Shown: piece after piece, positions 28,910 through 35,286 of the stretch
Layout: the number at the start of each line of letters is the position of its first letter
How positions within the stretch are numbered: the first letter of the stretch is position 1
Virus record (IMG/VR): IMGVR_UViG_2606217105_000003
Coordinates: 1 to 35,286 of that record
Length of the DNA stretch: 35,286 bases
Reading direction: 5' to 3' (one strand)
Origin: a virus
Taxonomy: Duplodnaviria > Heunggongvirae > Uroviricota > Caudoviricetes
Translations under genes and position numbers: made by a program
The notes under the pieces: generated by a model
The model's database searches: none
What the model was told of the DNA's origin: nothing
What the model saw: the letters and a program-made list of their open reading frames with translations, nothing else

Positions 28910-29987
28910 AATCCCCACGCTGGGCAAGCTGATTGCCGACGGCGAGAAAGATATTGCGTATGAACTCGGTCTGCAAAAGCTGCCGCCTGTCAGTGTTGAG
29001 CAGGCGCTGAACGTGTCGTTCAGCAGTCAGGTCCGGGATTTATACGACCATCAGAGCTGGATTAAGGACCAGATAATCCCCTCCACCGCATCTGATGATG
29101 AAACCATTATCAAAACAGCAACGTATGAAGGGGTTATCCGCAAGCAGGCCACCTTTGCCAGCGGGCCGGTGACCTTCACCAGTCAGTCCCCCATTCCGGC
29201 AGAAACCCGGATGCAGTCCGACACGAATCAGGTGTATCAGGTACTAACATCCGGCGAGGTACAGGACGGCGAGGTCACCGTCATCGTGCAGGCTGAAGAA
29301 GCCGGTGTGGCGGGCAATCTTGCTGCCGGTGCCGTGCTCACTCTGTTGTCCCCGCTACCCGGAACGGGCAGCACCGGCGCGGTGACTGAAAGTGGCATCA
29401 CCGGTGGCGCAGACATCGAATCCATCGCAGAGCTGCTGGACCGTCTGCTGTATGTGCGTCGCAATCCCCCGGTGGGTGGTGCGCTGCATGACTACGTGAT
29501 ATGGGCGCGTGAAGTGCCGGGCGTCAGCCGCGCGTGGGCGTGGGATGCATGGCACGGCCCCGGCACGGTCGGGCTGGCATGGCTTTATGATGACCGTGAA
29601 GACATTGTGCCGACCCGCGAAGACCTGAAGACAATGGAGCAGTATCTGTTCTGCCACAAACACCCGGCCACCGGCGTGATGGTGGGCAAACCGGGCGGCA
29701 TCGAGGTCTGGCCGGTACAGGTCAGACTGATTAAAGTTCATTTATCCATCCGTCTGACACCGGACAGCCAGGTGAACAGGAACGCCGTCCGGGCAAACCT
29801 GACCGCATTACAGAAAACGCTGACCCCCGGTCAGATGCTGCCGGTGTCCTCGCTGCGCACGGCCATCGGTATGACGTCCGGCATCACAGACTACTTCCTC
29901 AACATCGGGGAGGACACCACCTGTGACGTGGATGAACTTATCACCATCGGGGAGGTTACATGGCTCACAGCGTCACGGAATGGCTGA
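28899..29987 (+). CDS. Baseplate wedge protein (gpJ-like, Mu gp47 family)
   Basis: 362 aa; position and size. Confidence 0.65.
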   Translation: MPYEIPTLGKLIADGEKDIAYELGLQKLPPVSVEQALNVSFSSQVRDLYDHQSWIKDQIIPSTASDDETIIKTATYEGVIRKQATFASGPVTFTSQSPIPAETRMQSDTNQVYQVLTSGEVQDGEVTVIVQAEEAGVAGNLAAGAVLTLLSPLPGTGSTGAVTESGITGGADIESIAELLDRLLYVRRNPPVGGALHDYVIWAREVPGVSRAWAWDAWHGPGTVGLAWLYDDREDIVPTREDLKTMEQYLFCHKHPATGVMVGKPGGIEVWPVQVRLIKVHLSIRLTPDSQVNRNAVRANLTALQKTLTPGQMLPVSSLRTAIGMTSGITDYFLNIGEDTTCDVDELITIGEVTWLTASRNG

Positions 29988-30544
29988 CCGCACTGCAACA
30001 GGTCATGCCTCGGGGTAAGGCATGGCCGCGTGATAACGACGCGGATTTAAACCGTTTTTTAAGGGCGCTTGCAGAGCGTTTAACCCGCGTTGAATACGAC
30101 GCCTCGCGCCTGCATGTGGAGATGCGCCCGGAAACCACGCTCCAGCTGCTGCCGGAGTGGGAGCAATATCTGGCGCTGCCGGAATGCGGAATTGCCGCCA
30201 CCACAACGGAAGCCCGCCGCCGGGCCGTGGTGGAGAAATACCACCGCAAAGGCGGGCTGGCAACCTGGCAGATTGAAGCCGCTGCGGCGGCGCTGGGCTT
30301 CACCATTAAGGTGACGGCCGTTCTGCCGCATCACTGTCTGCGCGACTGTATGTATCCGCTGCATCCGGCCCGGTATCGCTGGCTGCTGAAAGTGGAAGTC
30401 CCGGACAAAGATGCCGGACGGTTTACCTGTATTGATGACGTCATGACGCCATTAATCAGCGAACGGACCCGCGAGCTGGAATGCCTGCTGAAGCATTACC
30501 GGCTGGCGGGCACGGAATATGAATATTATTACACCGGAGAATAA
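29960..30544 (+). CDS. Baseplate/tail protein (Mu gp48 family)
   Basis: 194 aa; position before the tail fibre gene. Confidence 0.6.
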   Translation: MAHSVTEWLTALQQVMPRGKAWPRDNDADLNRFLRALAERLTRVEYDASRLHVEMRPETTLQLLPEWEQYLALPECGIAATTTEARRRAVVEKYHRKGGLATWQIEAAAAALGFTIKVTAVLPHHCLRDCMYPLHPARYRWLLKVEVPDKDAGRFTCIDDVMTPLISERTRELECLLKHYRLAGTEYEYYYTGE

Positions 30545-30547
30545 TTT

Positions 30548-31309
30548 ATGTTTCATGTGGATAATCCGACGGGTGTGCCGGTGATGCCACCTGTCGCGGC
30601 TGAATTAAGCAAAACAACGCTTTATTTTACCGAAGGCGGGAACGGTATTCCGCCCACTTATCCGGGGCCGGACTGGTTTAATATTATTCAGTCTGAACTG
30701 CTGGAAATTCTCCGGCAGGCAAATATCAAACCGGATAAAAACACCACCGACCAGATTATGACGGCACTGAAAAAACTGTTTATTACGAACAGTGGTTCAG
30801 CCGGTGCCATTGCCGGATTAACCGGTGAGAATAATACGTTCCCGTATTTTACCGGCGAAGACACAATGGCATTAACACCGCTCAGTGCTTTTGTGCGCGG
30901 TATTCTCGGGAAAAACACAGCCGGTGAAATTATCGAAGCACTTTCATTACGTGACACGGTAAATAAAGCCAACAGTGCTGTACCGAATACCCGCAAGGTC
31001 AACGGCATGGCCCTGTCTTCGGATATCACCATCAGCAACATCAGCGGCAACGCCGGAACGGCAACCCGGCTTCAGACGGCCCGCAGGATTAATAATGTGC
31101 TGTTTGATGGCACCAGCGATATCACCATCACAGCTACAGGTGTGCAGGATATACGTCTGGGCAGCGCCATTGGTATTGGACGTGGCGGGAATGCACCATC
31201 AGGTCATTTGCTGAGCGGTGTTGATGGCGGTGAAAGTGTGGACTGGGCCAATGCACGCCCGGTGCAGGTTCTGATTAATGGCGTCTGGCGAAATGTAGCG
31301 AGTTTGTAA
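30548..31309 (+). CDS. Tail fibre protein (short, Mu S-like)
   Basis: 253 aa; C-terminal ...VLINGVWRNVASL resembles the C-terminus of P2 H-type fibres (...INGTWYNVAQV as recalled). Confidence 0.65.
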   Translation: MFHVDNPTGVPVMPPVAAELSKTTLYFTEGGNGIPPTYPGPDWFNIIQSELLEILRQANIKPDKNTTDQIMTALKKLFITNSGSAGAIAGLTGENNTFPYFTGEDTMALTPLSAFVRGILGKNTAGEIIEALSLRDTVNKANSAVPNTRKVNGMALSSDITISNISGNAGTATRLQTARRINNVLFDGTSDITITATGVQDIRLGSAIGIGRGGNAPSGHLLSGVDGGESVDWANARPVQVLINGVWRNVASL

Positions 31310-31311
31310 TC

Positions 31312-31860
31312 ATGATGCACTTAAAAAATCTTACGGCACAAAACCCTAAAACAATTGAGCAATACCAGCTGGCGCGACAGCATAAATTTTTATTGTGGCT
31401 GTTCTCCGATGATGGTCAGGAATGGCACGAAGCCCAGGAAAAATTTCAGCCAGACACTCTGAAAGTTATTTATGTTGAAACTGGCGAAGTGGTCTGGGTT
31501 GGAAAATACATCACCTCAATCTGCCCGGAAAATAAAAGCGTGATTGAGCTACCGGATATTACCGCCAATCGTCGCATTGATGCGTCGGGTTACTGGTTCT
31601 ACCGCAATGATGAATTTGTTTTTGACTACAAACTTAAAGCGGAAGATGAGCGTGATGCACTGTTAAAACAGGTCAGCATCGTGACCAGTGAATGGGAAAA
31701 AGACCTGCTGCTTGGATTAATCAGCGACGAAGAGAGGGAGAAGCTGAAATCGTACCGCATTTACGCGAAATCGCTGCGGGCAATGGATTTCAGCGCCATC
31801 ACAGATAAAGCCACATATAACGCCATCAACTGGCCGGAGCATCCTGATGCCGCAGCTTAA
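31312..31860 (+). CDS. Tail fibre assembly chaperone (Tfa, Mu U-like)
   Basis: 182 aa; immediately after the fibre gene. Confidence 0.7.
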   Translation: MMHLKNLTAQNPKTIEQYQLARQHKFLLWLFSDDGQEWHEAQEKFQPDTLKVIYVETGEVVWVGKYITSICPENKSVIELPDITANRRIDASGYWFYRNDEFVFDYKLKAEDERDALLKQVSIVTSEWEKDLLLGLISDEEREKLKSYRIYAKSLRAMDFSAITDKATYNAINWPEHPDAAA

Positions 31861-33664
31861 AGGTATAATTACATCCCCTGTGGGAGAACCGCTGAGCGGA
31901 GCAACAATAACCCTGACCTCACTACACAATCAACCCGGGATCCTGAGAGGTGTTTACAGTCACGTAACCACTCTGAGCGGTGAATATGATTTCCCCGTGC
32001 TGCCCGGAGTATATAGTGTTCGTCTGACACACAGTTCACAGCGCCTTGCAGAAATCGGGGTCATTCGGGTCTATATGGATTCGCGCGATGGTTCACTTAA
32101 TGATTTTCTGGGAGCAACTGAAATTGACTTACGACCAGAATCTTTGCGCAGATTCGAAGAACTGGCAGACAAGGTGCAGGAAAATGCAGATACGGCGGCA
32201 TCATCATCCCAACAAGCAGTAAAGATTCTGGAAGCTATTCAAAACATAGCCGGGAATATATCCGGTCTGCGTTACGAAAATTTTACTGACATACTCAGCC
32301 GTTGCACGACAGCCATGCTGAAACTGGAACAACCCGAGGTTGTTGATACATCAATATCTTTAAAAATAAAAGAAAATATCGATTTTAATTATGTCGGTGA
32401 AGTTAACGGATATTGCGATATTTCTGAACCAGAAAAGTATAAAGTCGAAATGTATGCTTATACAACCGGAGAGTATTTTAACGGCGACGCTAATTTGAAT
32501 AGTGACGGAACTTTCTATTTCAGACGTTGCTGGACGGGAGCAAAACAGTTTCGTCTTATTCGGATTGAGGATAATGCGTGGATCACAACGCTGGAGTTTC
32601 CACTGCTCATTCGTAGCTACTGGATGCCGGAGGACGCAGACCCCGAAGTGATCAGGGTGATGAAAGATCGGTGTTACACGTATGACCAGGCGCTGGCAGC
32701 ACTGGCGTTGATGGTTCAGCGACATGAGGCTGTAGAAAGATACGTTGCGGGCTTGTGTGCGCTTGTTGATGAAAACGGTGGAGTAAAGTTTTTTGTTAAC
32801 AGGCTGTCGGCCATGTCACCGCGTACCTATTACCGCCTGGGGAATGCGGCATGGGTTTATTATGCTTTGGCCTTTTATCTGGAGAAATATCCGGACGGAG
32901 CGCAGGTAAATATTGTTCGGGAAAAGTTGTTATCCGGCATTGTCTGGCTTGATTCTTTCCTTGTGACAACAGAAGGTGACCTGAGAGAAGGTTTATATAA
33001 AGGCGGCCTTGGTCGTTATGTAAATGGCGAATTTGACGCCAGTTTTGTTGCTGAATGGTGCGCACTGGAGCACAACGTAGATATCTGGTTTTTGTTTGAA
33101 CTGATGGGGCGGCTGGGATTTGATGGTTTCACCAAACGTGCAGAAAAACTGGCGCAAAGCATCATCAGGGGGATGTGGGTGGAAGAAGAGGGACGATTCC
33201 GTCAGGGGGTGCATCCAACACACTATGACAACGCGGCAGCACTGGATCAATCTTCCTGGGGAGGATTGTTTATAGCCAATATAGATACCGGGAAAGCAGC
33301 AAGATGTCGTAAGTACATGGGGCGTTTTTTATTTGGCACGCGGGAAACAACAGGTTATACACCGTATCACCCTGACTACGGTTACAGTGGTCACAGTCGC
33401 GGCGTGTGGGTGGAAGGAACTGCGGGCGTGGCACTGTTTGAGCGCAAACTGGGTAACGAGCTGAATGCAGTGAATCTCATTGCTGCAATGGCCCCGCTTT
33501 TTAATAAGTTTGGTTACAGAGATTCATGTGATGATCCAACCTATGATGTGCTACCTCCGTGGCCATCAACAACAAACACAGCCTGGATAATCCTGACGCT
33601 AAAACCAGAAAATTTCTGGTTAGTGGATTCACCTGAAATGGATGTTGGTATGATTCGGTACTGA
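31847..33664 (+). CDS. Chimeric tail-fibre-like protein: lambda Stf-type N-terminal anchor fused to a globular enzyme-like C-terminal domain
   Basis: 605 aa; start overlaps the Tfa stop. N-terminal ~130 aa matches the lambda side-tail-fibre N-terminus as recalled (motifs YSV, LNDFL, RPExLRRxE). C-terminal ~400 aa is Trp/Tyr-rich without fibre repeats. An AT-rich linker lies at about 32300-32520. Confidence 0.55.
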   Translation: MPQLKGIITSPVGEPLSGATITLTSLHNQPGILRGVYSHVTTLSGEYDFPVLPGVYSVRLTHSSQRLAEIGVIRVYMDSRDGSLNDFLGATEIDLRPESLRRFEELADKVQENADTAASSSQQAVKILEAIQNIAGNISGLRYENFTDILSRCTTAMLKLEQPEVVDTSISLKIKENIDFNYVGEVNGYCDISEPEKYKVEMYAYTTGEYFNGDANLNSDGTFYFRRCWTGAKQFRLIRIEDNAWITTLEFPLLIRSYWMPEDADPEVIRVMKDRCYTYDQALAALALMVQRHEAVERYVAGLCALVDENGGVKFFVNRLSAMSPRTYYRLGNAAWVYYALAFYLEKYPDGAQVNIVREKLLSGIVWLDSFLVTTEGDLREGLYKGGLGRYVNGEFDASFVAEWCALEHNVDIWFLFELMGRLGFDGFTKRAEKLAQSIIRGMWVEEEGRFRQGVHPTHYDNAAALDQSSWGGLFIANIDTGKAARCRKYMGRFLFGTRETTGYTPYHPDYGYSGHSRGVWVEGTAGVALFERKLGNELNAVNLIAAMAPLFNKFGYRDSCDDPTYDVLPPWPSTTNTAWIILTLKPENFWLVDSPEMDVGMIRY

Positions 33665-33828
33665 AGCAATTCAGCATGAAAAGTGGATGTGGAGCGTACT
33701 TATAAATAATCATTTTGTATAGTTTATGACGATCGATAGCATCATATCGATCGTCGGTTTGCATCAGTTGTGATTAAATACCCCCAGCCCTCCGGGCGGT
33801 CATGTCTGGTTATTACACAGGGGGAATC
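33665..33828. promoter_or_regulatory. mom operon control region with GATC-containing inverted repeat
   Basis: 11-bp perfect inverted repeat GACGATCGATA-N6-TATCGATCGTC (about 33728-33755) carrying two GATC sites, upstream of com; in Mu, Pmom is controlled by Dam methylation/OxyR and activated by C. Confidence 0.5.
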
Positions 33829-34014
33829 ATGGACTCTGTTCGCTGTAAAAACTGCAATAAATTACTGTTTAAAGGAGGTTTTAAGCATATAGAAATTAAA
33901 TGCCCTCGCTGTAAACGTTACATTGTCATATCGAATGCCAAAGAGCATCCCACGGAGCTGTATTGTGGGAAAAGAGAAGAAATCACGCGTTCTGACAAAA
34001 CCCTGCGTTATTGA
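33829..34014 (+). CDS. com: Com, zinc-finger translational activator of mom
   Basis: 61 aa from internal ATG ([14 protein letters not shown]...CPRCKR...) with C4 zinc finger; track ORF 33802..34014 extends upstream. Confidence 0.8.
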   Translation: MDSVRCKNCNKLLFKGGFKHIEIKCPRCKRYIVISNAKEHPTELYCGKREEITRSDKTLRY

Positions 34015-34669
34015 GTATGAAGGCCGGATTGTCGGCTATGGTTCAAAGGAGCTACGTGTTGAAACCATATCCTGCTGGCTGGCCCGCACAATCATTCAGA
34101 CAAAACACTATTCCCGCCGTTTTGTGAATAACTCCTACCTGCATCTTGGCGTATTCAGCGGACGTGATCTGGTTGGCGTTCTTCAGTGGGGATATGCCCT
34201 TAACCCCAACTCAGGGCGTCGGGTCGTGCCTGGAACGGATAACCGGGGCTATATGGAACTGAACCGCATGTGGCTACACGACGACATGCCCCGCAACTCT
34301 GAGTCACGGGCCATCAGCTACGCGCTGAAAACCATCAGGTTATTGTATCCGTCAGTGGAGTGGGTTCAGTCCTTTGCAGACGAACGCTGCGGACGCGCAG
34401 GCGTTGTATATCAGGCGTCGAATTTTGATTTTATTGGTAGCCATGAAAGCACGTTCTACGAGCTGGACGGCGAGTGGTATCACGAAATAGCGATGAACGC
34501 GATTAAGCGCGGAGGGCAACGAGGCGAGTATTTGCGGGCTAATAAGGAGCGGGCCGTGGTACACAAATTTAATCAGTATCGCTACATCAGGTTCCTGAAC
34601 AAGCGTGCAAAAAAGCGCCTAAACACCAAGCTATTCAGGATTCAGCCATACCCCAAAAACACATCTTGA
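33935..34669 (+). CDS. mom: Mom, DNA modification (adenine carbamoylmethylation) anti-restriction protein
   Basis: Frame overlaps com; sequence ...[25 protein letters not shown]... matches Mu Mom as recalled. True start uncertain: ATG at 33935 or GTG at about 33965 with GGAG upstream; track ORF begins at TTG 33923. Confidence 0.8.
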   Translation: MPKSIPRSCIVGKEKKSRVLTKPCVIEYEGRIVGYGSKELRVETISCWLARTIIQTKHYSRRFVNNSYLHLGVFSGRDLVGVLQWGYALNPNSGRRVVPGTDNRGYMELNRMWLHDDMPRNSESRAISYALKTIRLLYPSVEWVQSFADERCGRAGVVYQASNFDFIGSHESTFYELDGEWYHEIAMNAIKRGGQRGEYLRANKERAVVHKFNQYRYIRFLNKRAKKRLNTKLFRIQPYPKNTS

Positions 34670-34768
34670 TTTGTATCAAATAATTTTCCGTAATGCCGTT
34701 TTGGGTGGTATCAAAAAAAATCCAAAACGGTATCAAATAATTTCGCGCGCTTTACGAAAGTGGTGACA
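34665..34768. repeat. Right end (attR-like) with three GGTATCAAA copies
   Basis: TTGTATCAAA (about 34671-34680), GGTATCAAA (about 34707-34715 and 34729-34737), inverse orientation to the left-end repeats; terminus ...GTGACA. Confidence 0.6.
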
Positions 34769-35032
34769 GTGAAGCTGGGCGATGGTTATGAACAGCGTCG
34801 TGCGGCGGGACTGAATAACCAGTTGTCGACTTACAGCGTGACGATACGTGTTCGTAAATGTGAACACCCATCTTTAAAAGCCTTTCTGGAACGGCACGGT
34901 GGCGTCCGCGCATTTCAGTGGACGCCACCTTATGACTGGAAACCGATTAGGGTGGTTTGTCGTAAATGGTCGGCAAGCGTGGGGGCGCTGTGGGTAGCCA
35001 TAACGGCAGATTTTGAACAGGTCGTGGCATAG
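34769..35032 (+). pseudogene. Lambdoid minor tail protein M, C-terminal part resuming after the insertion
   Basis: VKLGDGYEQRRAAGLNNQLSTYSV...ADFEQVVA aligns with lambda M from VRFGDGYSQRAPAGLNANLKTYSV... to its end; the two fragments together equal lambda M length (109 aa). Confidence 0.7.
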
Positions 35033-35040
35033 GAGGCTCT

Positions 35041-35286
35041 GATGCAGGATATTCCACAGGAAACACATCATGAGACGACACGCCTCACTCAGTCAGCCCA
35101 GGTGGTGCTCTGGGAAATCGATCTGACAGAGGTCGGTGGTGAACGTTATTTTTTCTGTAATGAGCAGAACGAAAAAGGTGAGCCGGTTACCTGGCAGGGG
35201 CGGCAGTATCAGGCATACCCCATTCAGGGGACAGGATTTGAACTGAACGGCAAGGGCAGTGCTGCCCGTCCGACACTGACGGTTTC
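35041..35286 (+). CDS. Lambdoid minor tail protein L, N-terminal part (3'-truncated by window edge)
   Basis: MQDIPQETHHETTRLTQSAQVVLWEIDLTEVGGERYFFCNEQNEKGEPVTWQGRQYQAYPIQGTGFELNGKG matches lambda L as recalled. Confidence 0.75.

Larger units (their letters stand above)
1341..34768. mobile_element. Mu-family transposable prophage, apparently complete (about 33.4 kb); ends approximate
   Basis: Mu-like gene order from repressor to com-mom; terminal repeats TTTGATACC x3 near the left end and the inverse GGTATCAAA x3 near the right end; right terminus ends ...CA before the resumed host M frame. Exact termini and target duplication not resolved (about +/-15 bp). Confidence 0.85.

Noticed and set aside
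30548-33828. Search for an invertible G segment and gin recombinase
   Set aside because: No second inverted fibre/chaperone copy, no serine-recombinase-like ORF and no flanking inverted repeats were seen by eye.
1-35286. CRISPR arrays, tRNA or rRNA genes
   Set aside because: No regularly spaced direct repeats or tRNA-like structures noticed; the window is almost entirely protein-coding phage DNA.

Overview
The window holds an essentially complete Mu-family transposable prophage (about 1341..34768, ~33.4 kb) inserted inside the minor tail gene M of a lambdoid prophage. The flanks carry the 3' end of a lambda H-like tape-measure gene, a split M gene and the start of an L-like gene. The Mu-like element runs: repressor (minus strand), operator, ner, transposase A, target activator B, a semi-essential early region (kil-like, gam, gemA, mor and several small unknown ORFs), lysis genes, terminase, portal, head and tail genes, tail fibre and assembly chaperone, then com-mom. 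Transposase C-terminus, B, Gam and Mom look very Mu-like, but the repressor, transposase N-terminus and end repeats differ from canonical Mu. The most unusual part is the position where Mu carries the invertible G segment and gin: here there is no gin and no inverted fibre copy, only one 605-aa gene with a lambda Stf-like N-terminal anchor fused to an enzyme-like C-terminal domain. Other points of interest are AT-rich moron-like ORFs in the early region and between mor and the endolysin, and a duplicated terminator-promoter module. All homology statements are from reading the translations and recalling family sequences, not from database searches. Non-coding coordinates may be off by 1-2 bp.
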